The translations under genes were made by a program, and so were the position numbers. Of a DNA stretch of 25,986 bases, positions 18,173 through 25,986 are shown piece after piece. Origin of the DNA: Polyangiales bacterium (GTDB lineage Bacteria > Myxococcota_A > Polyangia > Polyangiales > Houyiibacteriaceae). Positions within the stretch are counted from its first letter, which is position 1. Each line of letters opens with the position of its first letter. The notes beneath the pieces were generated by a model, which was not told the DNA's origin, did not search any database, and was given only the letters and a program-made list of their open reading frames with translations. The stretch covers positions 1 through 25,986 of the forward strand of contig JBGCFM010000186.1 of NCBI GenBank assembly GCA_045106895.1, written 5' to 3'.

Positions 18173-18210
18173 AAAAAAAGGCGATGCCCGTGATGGGTAT
18201 CGCCTTTTTT
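18173..18210 (-). terminator. Rho-independent terminator of the tRNA (bidirectional architecture)
   Basis: A7-GGCGATGCCC-GTGAT-GGGTATCGCC-T6 directly after the tRNA 3' end. Confidence 0.9.
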
Positions 18211-18215
18211 CTAAT

Positions 18216-18302
18216 TGGTGCGGACGAGAGGAATCGAACCTCCACGGGTTTTACCCCACTGGATCCTTAATCCAGCGCGTCTGCCAATTCCGCCACATCC
18301 GC
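18216..18302 (-). tRNA. tRNA-Leu, anticodon AAG
   Basis: GCGGATG-TG-GCGGAATTGGCAGACGC-G-CTGGA-TTAAGGA-TCCAG-(long variable arm GGGT-AAA-ACCC)-GGAGG-TTCGATT-CCTCT-CGTCCGC-A-CCA. 87 nt, A73 discriminator, anticodon at 18266-18268. Confidence 0.96.
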
Positions 18303-18357
18303 AAAGAACTTCGTTGTCTTGAAACGTTTTTTAGAACGTGTCCGTCGAACGAGGCGG

Positions 18358-18386
18358 ATTTCTACTCGCTCTGGTTCCTTTGTCAA
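18358..18386 (-). promoter_or_regulatory. Sigma70-type promoter of the tRNA-Leu
   Basis: Perfect TTGACA (18386-18381), 16-17 nt spacer, TAGAAAT, then a GC-rich discriminator CCGCC. Confidence 0.7.
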
Positions 18387-18468
18387 GCGATGCCGTGTTG
18401 TATTTGAATCGAAGGTCGAGTTTCAGATGAAACATGTCCTGGGCGGAAAGCGCGCTATGCTCGTTTCT

Positions 18469-18579
18469 ATGGATCATTTGGGGGCTTGGTTGTGTTTCTG
18501 GCTCGTCGGGGTGATCGGCTTTTTTGCCGTCCGCCACCTGGACGCCCGCGATGCGAGACGACGCTTCGAAGAGAAATAG
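18469..18579 (+). CDS. Small single-TM membrane protein (36 aa)
   Basis: MDHLGAWLCFWLVGVIGFFAVRHLDARDARRRFEEK: hydrophobic helix plus charged tail; TATGCT lies 7 nt before the ATG. Confidence 0.55.
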   Translation: MDHLGAWLCFWLVGVIGFFAVRHLDARDARRRFEEK

Positions 18580-18642
18580 GACGCCCCGGTCCAGACGTGT
18601 ATGATTGCCACCGACCGGCTCAGGCGCCGCTCAGGAGAGAAC

Positions 18643-19002
18643 ATGTTCAAGGAAATCCTCAAAGACGTCGTGGACAACACGGATGGCGGAGTCGCCAGCC
18701 TTTTGATGGGCTTCGACGGTATCCCCGTCGACCAGTACGTTCGTGAAGGCGAAGGGTTCGATGTCGAATCCGTCGGGATGGAATACAGCGTTATTCTCAA
18801 GAACATCCGGAACGCTGCGCAGATGCTCGAAGCCGGGGACGCCAAAGAGGTGTCCGTGCAGGCCGAGCGCGTCACGACGGTGATTCGACTGCTCAACGAC
18901 GAGTACTTCGTCGCCATCGCCCTGCGTCCCTCGGGCAACCTCGGAAAAGCGCGCTTTTTGCTGCGGACCCGGGGCACGAAGCTCCTCTCGGACCTCGAGT
19001 AG
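18643..19002 (+). CDS. mglC: Roadblock/LC7 protein, MglC-type (MglB paralogue, cell polarity)
   Basis: SD AGGAG at 18633-18637; LMGFDGI motif, EVSV...RL...YF..AL...GNLGKARFLLR; lies upstream of accB-accC-sgmX as recalled for Myxococcus. Confidence 0.82.
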   Translation: MFKEILKDVVDNTDGGVASLLMGFDGIPVDQYVREGEGFDVESVGMEYSVILKNIRNAAQMLEAGDAKEVSVQAERVTTVIRLLNDEYFVAIALRPSGNLGKARFLLRTRGTKLLSDLE

Positions 19003-19007
19003 TCCGC

Positions 19008-19448
19008 GTGAAGATACGTGTTCTACACGGCCCGAACCTCAACTTGCTGGGGACTCGGGAGCCGGAGATCTACGGCAGTCACACTCTGGCGGACATTGAA
19101 GCCCGCTTGGCCAAGGATGCGGGACCGGATTTTTCCGTCTCCTGCGACCAGAGCAACCACGAAGGACAGCTCATCGACTGGGTCCAAGAGGCATCGAACT
19201 CCGCCGCCGGGCTCTTGTTCAATTTCGGCGCGCTGACCCACACGTCTATCGCCCTCGGCGACGCGCTTCGTGCGAGCGCCATCCCATCCGTCGAAGTCCA
19301 TCTGTCGAACATTCACGCCCGAGAGCCATTTCGGCACAACACCTGTACAGGTGGCCAGGCCCTCGGCGTCATCACAGGATTCGGCCCGCGCAGCTACACA
19401 CTTGGCTTACGCGCACTCATGGACTATCTCACGGACGCTGCTTTTTGA
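19008..19448 (+). CDS. aroQ: Type II 3-dehydroquinate dehydratase
   Basis: HGPNLNLLGTREPEIYG, QSNHEG, ALTHTS, EVHLSNIHAREPFRH. Confidence 0.97.
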   Translation: MKIRVLHGPNLNLLGTREPEIYGSHTLADIEARLAKDAGPDFSVSCDQSNHEGQLIDWVQEASNSAAGLLFNFGALTHTSIALGDALRASAIPSVEVHLSNIHAREPFRHNTCTGGQALGVITGFGPRSYTLGLRALMDYLTDAAF

Positions 19449-19499
19449 GAGAGCGTCGCCTTCGAGAGAAGGAGCGCTCAAGGATGCATCTGGAGAAAC

Positions 19500-19943
19500 A
19501 TGAAAGTCGACCTCGACCAACTTCGCGAGCTGATGAAGGCCCTCAACGAGCACAAGCTCGACGAGCTTGAACTGCACAACGGTGATGAGAGCATCCTCGT
19601 TCGGCGCAACGGCGGACACATGGTGGCCGCCGCGCCGATGGCTGCACCCGCACCCGCCGCGCCACAGAGTTCTGCACCCGCTGCGGCCGCCGAAGCCGTG
19701 GTGGGTGAGCTCATCACCTCACCCTTCGTCGGCACGTTCTACATGCGACCGAACCCAACGGCGGAACCTTTTATCAAGGTCGGCGATGAGTTCACCAAGG
19801 GCCAAGCTCTGTGCATCGTGGAAGCGATGAAGCTCATGAACGAGATCGAAGCCGAGTTCGACGGCAAGTGTCTCGAGTTGCTCATCGAAGACGGGAAGCC
19901 CGTCGAATACGGTGACCCACTCTTCCGCGTCGAAAAGCGCTGA
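19500..19943 (+). CDS. accB: Acetyl-CoA carboxylase biotin carboxyl carrier protein
   Basis: Ala/Pro linker, ITSPFVGTFY, EAMKLMNEIEAE biotinylation site; SD GGAG. Confidence 0.97.
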   Translation: MKVDLDQLRELMKALNEHKLDELELHNGDESILVRRNGGHMVAAAPMAAPAPAAPQSSAPAAAAEAVVGELITSPFVGTFYMRPNPTAEPFIKVGDEFTKGQALCIVEAMKLMNEIEAEFDGKCLELLIEDGKPVEYGDPLFRVEKR

Positions 19944-21268
19944 TGTTTCGTCGAGTCCTGATTGCAAACCGTGGTGAGATCGCACTGCGCGTACTTCGTG
20001 CGTGCCGCGAACTCGGCATTGAAACCGTCGCCGTGCACAGCACCGTGGACGAGAACGCACGCCATGTTCGCCTCGCCGACCAAGCCATCTGCATCGGTCC
20101 GCCGGACGCGACGGAGAGCTACCTCAAGATCCCAAACCTCTTGGCGGCAGCGGAGATCTCGGGCGCGGACGCGATTCACCCCGGCTACGGATTCCTTAGT
20201 GAGAACGCCGAGTTCGCAGACCTCTGCGGACAGTGCGGACTGACGTTCATTGGACCGACGCCGGACAACATGAACCAGTGGGGCGACAAGGTCGCCGCAC
20301 GTCGCCTCGCCAAACGTCTCGGTATCCCGATGATGGAAGGCAGCCAGGTTCTCAAAGACGCGGACGACGCGGCAGCCCAAGCGGAGCGAGTCGGCTTCCC
20401 GGTGATGCTCAAAGCATCCGGCGGTGGTGGCGGTCGCGGCATGAAGATCATTCGCAGCGCCGCAGAGATGCGTCGCGCGTTTCCACAGGCGCAAGCGGAG
20501 GCCATCGCCGGCTTCAACAACGGCGACCTCTACTGCGAACGCTTCGTCGAAGAACCTCGTCACATCGAGTTCCAGGTTCTCGCCGATGGCAAAGGCAAAG
20601 TGTGGGTGCTCGGCGAGCGCGAGTGCTCCATTCAGCGTCGTCATCAGAAGCTCGTCGAAGAGGCGCCGAGCGTTGCTATGGACGACGAGCTCCGCCGAGA
20701 TCTTGGCGCGACGCTCAAGAACGCACTCGTCGAGAGTAACTACGTCTCTGCTGGAACCGTTGAGCTCCTCATGGACGAGCGCGGCGACATGGCGTTCATG
20801 GAGATGAACACACGCATCCAGGTCGAACACCCGGTGACGGAAATGGTGACCGGCGTGGACCTCGTGATGGAGCAGATCCGCATCGCCGCCGGCATCACGC
20901 CCGATCTTCCAGAGGAGATTCCACTTCTTGGTCACGCCATCGAAGTGCGCGTAAACGCCGAAGATCCGGACACTTTTGTCCCATGGCCTGGGACCATCAC
21001 GGAGTATCATCCTCCCGGTGGCCTCGGAATTCGCGTCGATGACGGGATCTTTGCCGGTTGGACGGTGCCTCGCGTGTATGACTCCCTTCTCGGAAAGGTC
21101 ATCGCCTACGGCCCCACCCGTGACATCGCACTCCGGCGGCTCCGGCGGGCTCTCAAGGAGACCGTGATCAGCGGAATCCGGACGAACATTCCGCTTCACG
21201 AGCGGATTCTCGCCCACGAAGACTTCGCCGCAGGGCGCTTGTCGACGCGCTTCCTGGAACGTCTGTAG
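19943..21268 (+). CDS. accC: Acetyl-CoA carboxylase biotin carboxylase subunit
   Basis: VLIANRGEIA, IHPGYGFLSEN, KASGGGGGRGM, ERECSIQRRHQK, EMNTRIQVEHPVTE; TGATG coupling to accB. Confidence 0.97.
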   Translation: MFRRVLIANRGEIALRVLRACRELGIETVAVHSTVDENARHVRLADQAICIGPPDATESYLKIPNLLAAAEISGADAIHPGYGFLSENAEFADLCGQCGLTFIGPTPDNMNQWGDKVAARRLAKRLGIPMMEGSQVLKDADDAAAQAERVGFPVMLKASGGGGGRGMKIIRSAAEMRRAFPQAQAEAIAGFNNGDLYCERFVEEPRHIEFQVLADGKGKVWVLGERECSIQRRHQKLVEEAPSVAMDDELRRDLGATLKNALVESNYVSAGTVELLMDERGDMAFMEMNTRIQVEHPVTEMVTGVDLVMEQIRIAAGITPDLPEEIPLLGHAIEVRVNAEDPDTFVPWPGTITEYHPPGGLGIRVDDGIFAGWTVPRVYDSLLGKVIAYGPTRDIALRRLRRALKETVISGIRTNIPLHERILAHEDFAAGRLSTRFLERL

Positions 21269-21353
21269 CCCCCCGGATCCGCCACGAGCGGACGCGGGGC
21301 CCGCGGAACGGCAAGAACGGGTCATCATTGGTGAAATCCAGTACGAAGCGAAG

Positions 21354-21383
21354 TTGACCGGAGACCCCTGAGGCCCATAGTAT
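21354..21383 (+). promoter_or_regulatory. Candidate sigma70 promoter for the sgmX-like gene
   Basis: TTGACC (21354-21359), 18 nt spacer, TAGTAT (21378-21383), about 65 nt before the TTG start. Confidence 0.5.
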
Positions 21384-21447
21384 CGGCTCCGTTGGATGTC
21401 TAAAGTGCAGAGCTTTTTCTGCCGTGTAGTCCTCTGGAATCACCCAT

Positions 21448-24318
21448 TTGGCCGTCGATCGATCCAAAGTTCTGGCAGCAGCGCAGAAGAACCTCGCGAA
21501 AGGTCAATACGATCGCGCGATCGCCGAGTATCGCAAACTCGTCGACGCCGACCCAAACGACGTTCGAACGTGGCTGAAGATCGGCGACATCTGCACCAAG
21601 AAGGGTGACAACCAGGAGGCGACGAAGACGTATCACCGCGTCGCGGATCACTACGCCGAGCAGGGCTTCTTTCTCAAGGCCGTCGCGGTCTACAAGCAGA
21701 TCATCAAACTCCAACCGGGGCGCCTTGATGTGTCGCTTCGCTTGGCCGAGATGTACGAGAACCTTCAGCTCGTCAGCGACGCCCTCGGTACCTACGAGCA
21801 GGTTGCCGCATCGTATGCGCGCAACAACGAAGTCGAAGAGATGCTCGGCGTCTTGGGCAAGATGGCGGAGCTCGACGCCGAGAACATCCCTATTCGCATC
21901 AAGTACGCCGAGGCACTCTCGAAGGCCGGCAAGACTGAAAAAGCCGCCAGCGAGTTCGAAGCGGGCGCAGAGCTCTTGCGTGAGCAAGGACGGATGGACG
22001 ACTTCCTGAAAGTCGCCGAACGCCTCCTCTACCATCGTCCCGCGGATGGCGACCTCGCCCGTGAACTTGCCAAGCTCTACCTCGAACGCGAAGACCCCAA
22101 ACGCGCCCTCGGCAAACTACAGGTCTGTTTCAAAGCCGACCCGAAGGACCCGGAGACGCTTGAGCTCTTGGCTCGCGCGTTTCACGTTTTAGGGCAGACG
22201 CCAAAGACCATCAGCGTGTACCGCGAGCTCGCCCGCGTGCTTCAAGAAAAGGGTCGAGTCGAGGACCGCGCGCGCATCCTGAACGAGATCTTGCGTCTTG
22301 ATCCCGCGGACAAGGAAGCACGTCAGGCCCTCGCCGCTTACGCGCCACCGGAAGAGAAGAAGCGCCCGGCTCCGCCCGTTGACGATGACGATGACGACGG
22401 CCCCGAGCTGGAGATCATCGAAGCGGACGATGATGACATCGAACTCGTCGAGGACTTTGAAGAGTTCGAAGACGACATGGATCTCGAGATCGTCGAGGAC
22501 GACGCCATCGTCGTCGATGAGCTCAACGATGAGACGGACGACCTGCTCATCGGAGCACCACTAGGGTCTTCGATTCCGCCGGAAGAGCACACGACGATCG
22601 AGGCTCCTCTCGAGCCAGAACCTGAGCCTCAGCTCGACCCAGGGCGCGGATCGATCCCACCGGAAATCGCCCGCGAAGCACAGATCGCTCGACTGCTCAC
22701 GGAGTGTGAGGTCTTTGAACGTTATGGGCTCTCGGACAAAGTCATCCGTCAGCTTCGACAGGTGATCGCCATCGCGCCCGAGCACGTCGAGGCGCGAGAG
22801 AAACTCAAAGACGCGCTTCTAAGCTCGGGTCTCAACAGCGAAGCCGCGGACGAGCTCGAGCAGCTCGCGATCTACTACGCAAACGAGAACCCCCAAGTTG
22901 GCGTGATGTATCAGCGCCAGGCACGCGAGCTGCGGGGGCTGCCCGCTGCTTCCGAAGCGCCACGTTACTCCGTCGTACCTCCCGCCGACGACGAAGAGTC
23001 CGAAGCCGTCATCTTCATGGACGACGACGAGGATGAAGATGAACTTGGGCCGGCGACTGAACCGCCTGCACCGAGCGCCGCTGACACGTCGGAGCCCATC
23101 GAACACGATATCGTCATCCCACCGATGGCGGCTCCGATCGTGGATACAGCCCCGGGCACACCACTTCCCGACGCCCCGTTGCCGTCCGCGACCCCGGTTC
23201 ATGCGGATCGCGTCCCGGACTCCTTTGATGATCCGGTCCTGGACATGGAGCTGCCGGCGGCACCCGGGCGCTTGAGCGCTGCTCCGCCCGTGATGGCGGC
23301 GGCGGACGAGTTCGACGACCAAACCGTCATCGGGGAGATCTCGATTCCGCCGACTCCGGTCCTGCTGGACCTCGACGATGGTCTCGCCGAACCCTTCGAA
23401 CCGACGCTACAGACGGCGCTTCCGGATATTGAAGCTGCCGAGCTTACCGCCCTCGGTGCACCAAGCGCCGACGCCCTCGCCCCCGGCCTTCCCCCGGAAG
23501 AGGTCGCCGAGCTCGAAGCGATCCAACGCAACTCGATGCCCGCCGGCGAGGTGGAGGAGATCCTCGACGAGGTCGACTTCTACATCGCTCAGGGATTGTG
23601 GGACGCCGGCGCTGGTACCCTCGAAGACGCACTGGAGACCTACCCTGGCCATCCTGTTCTCTCGGACAAGATGCAGGAGATCAACGAGAACCGAGCAGCC
23701 CAGCAAGCCGCCTCCGCTGTCCCTTCTGCGCCACCCGAAGACGATGCCTTCGCCCTCGCCGAGCGTTTGGCGGAAGAGCTGGGCGGACATGAAGAAGAAG
23801 AAGCCGGAGCAGACGTCCTCGACGTCGAGCAGGTCTTCGAGCAGTTCAAGAAAGGCGTCAGCGAACAGATCGGGATGGGCGACTCGGAGACACACTTCGA
23901 CCTCGGCATCGCGTACAAAGAGATGGGCCTCATCGACGACGCCGCGACCGAGTTTAAGCTCGCGATGGCGAACCCTCAGCGCGAGTGCCTGTGTCACACG
24001 ATGATCGGTCTCTGCCGCATCGCGCAGGGACGTGTGAGCGAAGCCATCGGGCACTACAAGAAGGGTCTCTACGTCGGCCACAAGACCGAAGCCGAGGAGA
24101 TCGGTCTCTACTACGAGCTCGCGGTGGCCTACCAGCTCCTCGATGACCCCCAAGAAGCCATCTATTACCTTCAAAAGGTGGTGAAGCGAGACGTCAATTT
24201 CCGCGACGGCCAAGCTCGTCTCGATGCCCTCTCAGCGCCCGCCGCGGCTGTCCCGCAACAGCCAGCGTTGGTCCTCGACGAAGTGGACGCCGCCTTCGAC
24301 GACCTCCTCGACGACTAG
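21448..24318 (+). CDS. sgmX: Large TPR protein, SgmX-like (type IV pilus/polarity scaffold)
   Basis: N-terminal TPR array (DRSKVLAAAQKNLAKGQYDRAIAEYRK...GFFLKAVAVYKQ), long acidic/Pro-rich linkers, C-terminal ETHFDLGIAYKEMGL TPR block; follows accB-accC. Confidence 0.82.
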   Translation: MAVDRSKVLAAAQKNLAKGQYDRAIAEYRKLVDADPNDVRTWLKIGDICTKKGDNQEATKTYHRVADHYAEQGFFLKAVAVYKQIIKLQPGRLDVSLRLAEMYENLQLVSDALGTYEQVAASYARNNEVEEMLGVLGKMAELDAENIPIRIKYAEALSKAGKTEKAASEFEAGAELLREQGRMDDFLKVAERLLYHRPADGDLARELAKLYLEREDPKRALGKLQVCFKADPKDPETLELLARAFHVLGQTPKTISVYRELARVLQEKGRVEDRARILNEILRLDPADKEARQALAAYAPPEEKKRPAPPVDDDDDDGPELEIIEADDDDIELVEDFEEFEDDMDLEIVEDDAIVVDELNDETDDLLIGAPLGSSIPPEEHTTIEAPLEPEPEPQLDPGRGSIPPEIAREAQIARLLTECEVFERYGLSDKVIRQLRQVIAIAPEHVEAREKLKDALLSSGLNSEAADELEQLAIYYANENPQVGVMYQRQARELRGLPAASEAPRYSVVPPADDEESEAVIFMDDDEDEDELGPATEPPAPSAADTSEPIEHDIVIPPMAAPIVDTAPGTPLPDAPLPSATPVHADRVPDSFDDPVLDMELPAAPGRLSAAPPVMAAADEFDDQTVIGEISIPPTPVLLDLDDGLAEPFEPTLQTALPDIEAAELTALGAPSADALAPGLPPEEVAELEAIQRNSMPAGEVEEILDEVDFYIAQGLWDAGAGTLEDALETYPGHPVLSDKMQEINENRAAQQAASAVPSAPPEDDAFALAERLAEELGGHEEEEAGADVLDVEQVFEQFKKGVSEQIGMGDSETHFDLGIAYKEMGLIDDAATEFKLAMANPQRECLCHTMIGLCRIAQGRVSEAIGHYKKGLYVGHKTEAEEIGLYYELAVAYQLLDDPQEAIYYLQKVVKRDVNFRDGQARLDALSAPAAAVPQQPALVLDEVDAAFDDLLDD

Positions 24319-24396
24319 TACTCGATCTCAGAAGTTCTGACCGGTTGAGCGACTCGGTCGCTCGACGAGATGGCGTCTCGACGCTAGAACGCCGAC

Positions 24397-24969
24397 GTGC
24401 CGATCGAGGTCGAATCATCCGTGGGACCCAAAGAGCTCGAGCGCGCGCTCTGGGTCACCCTCCTTCGTCACACCCCAGGGCTACGTGTTCTTCCGCTCAC
24501 CCTCGTGCTGTGTTTGGGCGTCGTTCTTGCGGCAACGGTGGCGGCGGCAAGCGGTGTCTCCCTCCCCGGCTTGGCTTACTTGTTCGCGGGCTTCTGCGGC
24601 GTGTTCGCAGTCGGCGTGCCCCTCGGGGTCCGCGGCATCGCCGGACGCAGCGCCGAACGCACCTTTGACTACTCCTTCGACGACACCGGGTTTGATGTGA
24701 GCGCCGACGGACGTAAAGGGCGAGTCGAATGGGAGACGCTCTACGAAGCCGTGCAGACACGAAGCATGGTCATCCTCTGTGAGAAGCCGAGCGTTTTCCA
24801 CGTGCTGCCCCTCGCCGAAGGCGCCGACAAGCGGAGCGAAGTAGACGCGTTGATCGAAGCGAAGGTGACCAACAAACACAAGACCTTGAACGTGCTCTCC
24901 TTCGCGAGCCCCGGGTTCATCATGCTGACGCTCATCGCGGCGTTTCTCATCATTTGGAACCTTGCGTGA
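24397..24969 (+). CDS. YcxB-like membrane protein
   Basis: Two TM helices, then DYSFDDTGFDVSADGRKGRVEWETLYEAVQTRSMVIL...FHVLP (YcxB/PH-like pattern) and a C-terminal TM. Confidence 0.7.
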   Translation: MPIEVESSVGPKELERALWVTLLRHTPGLRVLPLTLVLCLGVVLAATVAAASGVSLPGLAYLFAGFCGVFAVGVPLGVRGIAGRSAERTFDYSFDDTGFDVSADGRKGRVEWETLYEAVQTRSMVILCEKPSVFHVLPLAEGADKRSEVDALIEAKVTNKHKTLNVLSFASPGFIMLTLIAAFLIIWNLA

Positions 24970-25986
24970 AGGCACTTTGGGAAGAGCCACTGCACCTGAA
25001 CGGCGGAGAGCGCCCCCAAGTGCTGCGCGCCGCCACCGTCGATGGACGAGAGCTATGGGCCATGACCGGCGCAGCAGGCGGCGCGGCCTTCGGCGACTTC
25101 AGCGGGCGTTCCATATTTAGCGTCGAGCGTTTCGCGGCCCGCGGCGTGGCCATCACCGGCGCCGGCGTTGTCTTCCTTCTCAAGAACGCGCTGATGGCTT
25201 TTAGCTTTTCCGGCGAGCGGCTCTGGAAGACAGGACTCGAAGCGGGAAGCGTAGGGCGAATCTTCGCCGGGGCGAATGGCGACATCGTTGTGCTGCTCTC
25301 GCGTCGAAAGCGTTTCGTTGCAGAACGCTACAACGCGAAGACCGGCGACTACCTGGATACGAAACCTATCGAGCGTCGTCGTGGTTTGCTCAGCCAGGAC
25401 GGCGTGCGCCTCTGGACTCGCGACGGCAAAGGGGTCACCTGCATGGACATGTTGGGCCCAGGTGTTTGTCGAGTTCCGCTGGCAGGCAACGGACCTCTGA
25501 GCGAGCGCGGATCCTTGGCTATCACCGGCGTGAGCGACGACGAGCTCGTTTGCGTTAGCGGAACGAACGTCCGCTGGACAACCCAGCTCCAAGGGCGAGA
25601 CCTGAGCGATGCGGCACGCCTCGATGGACTCGACGTAGACGACGATGAGTTCGAGGCAGCGATCCTTGGACGGGCTGTGCTGAGCGAAGGCGTCACGTAC
25701 GTTCCAGATGCCAATGGTGTGCTGCACGCACTTAACCTCACCGATGGGTCGCTGCGCTGGCGCTTCGAAGGCGCGCACTACCCCACCACGCAGCGCGCCC
25801 GCCAGCCGGTACTCTGGGGACAAGACGTCGCGTTCGTGTGCAGCGACGAGTATCTCTACCGCGTCGGCAGCGACGGAGTTGGACTGGAGAGCTACGAGCT
25901 TCCGGGCCCGGCTCCGCTCGACCCCGTGAGCGTCGGCGATACTCTTCTCGTATTCGCAGAAGGCCTCCACGCCTTCGCCCTAGCCT
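24966..25986 (+). CDS. PQQ-like (BamB-type) beta-propeller repeat protein, runs off the right edge
   Basis: Not in the ORF track. Manual translation from GTG 24966 (GTGA overlap) is open for 340 codons: LMAFSFSGERLWK, GVTYVPDANGVLHALNLTDGSLRWRF, DEYLYRVGSDG, EGLHAFALA. Confidence 0.8.
   Translation, partial: MKALWEEPLHLNGGERPQVLRAATVDGRELWAMTGAAGGAAFGDFSGRSIFSVERFAARGVAITGAGVVFLLKNALMAFSFSGERLWKTGLEAGSVGRIFAGANGDIVVLLSRRKRFVAERYNAKTGDYLDTKPIERRRGLLSQDGVRLWTRDGKGVTCMDMLGPGVCRVPLAGNGPLSERGSLAITGVSDDELVCVSGTNVRWTTQLQGRDLSDAARLDGLDVDDDEFEAAILGRAVLSEGVTYVPDANGVLHALNLTDGSLRWRFEGAHYPTTQRARQPVLWGQDVAFVCSDEYLYRVGSDGVGLESYELPGPAPLDPVSVGDTLLVFAEGLHAFALA

Noticed and set aside
18264..18270. Reading the tRNA anticodon as UAA
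   Set aside because: The 5-bp stem fixes a 7-nt loop T32-T33-A34-A35-G36-G37-A38; UAA would be off-centre, and G37 fits NAG leucine tRNAs.
18094..18302. tRNA-Leu as an integration site for an island or prophage
   Set aside because: No integrase, no duplicated tRNA 3' end seen in the window, and the flanks are core genes.
19220..19270. aroQ deviations NFG (vs NPG/NAG) and ALGDA (vs ALRDA)
   Set aside because: Key Arg, Tyr, Asn, His, Asp and Glu residues are present; not enough to argue for altered function.
21268..21300. GC hairpin after the accC stop
   Set aside because: Imperfect stem with no U-tract; cannot be called a terminator.
19739..21328. 529-aa - strand ORF
   Set aside because: Antisense shadow of accC/accB.
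25053..25970. 305-aa - strand ORF
   Set aside because: The opposite strand encodes a PQQ-like propeller with recognisable repeats and coupling to the upstream gene.

Overview
High-GC bacterial chromosomal segment. The gene content (mglC, sgmX, a Hanks kinase with TPR and lipoprotein partners) points to Myxococcota, probably Polyangia; this taxonomy is inferred. The left ~9 kb is accessory signalling: a minus-strand operon (TPR membrane protein, two tandem FG-GAP/integrin-alpha-like beta-propeller lipoproteins, membrane Ser/Thr kinase) beside a divergent NarL-type regulator and hybrid histidine kinase. The second FG-GAP copy is frameshifted and has lost its lipobox Cys. The rest is mostly core genes: clsB, yacG, an outer-membrane barrel, hemY/hemG-hemE, folC-accD-pgeF with two SCP2 lipid-carrier genes, a tRNA-Leu, then mglC-aroQ-accB-accC-sgmX, a YcxB-like protein and a PQQ-like propeller running off the right edge. 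Most notable: (1) an intact tRNA-Leu with the rare A34 anticodon AAG, its own promoter and terminator; (2) repeated TAnnn(T)-N5-7-start signatures suggesting frequent leaderless mRNAs; (3) the TPR/FG-GAP/kinase module with a 7-2-7 palindrome upstream, possibly controlled by the neighbouring two-component system. No mobile element or CRISPR array was seen.
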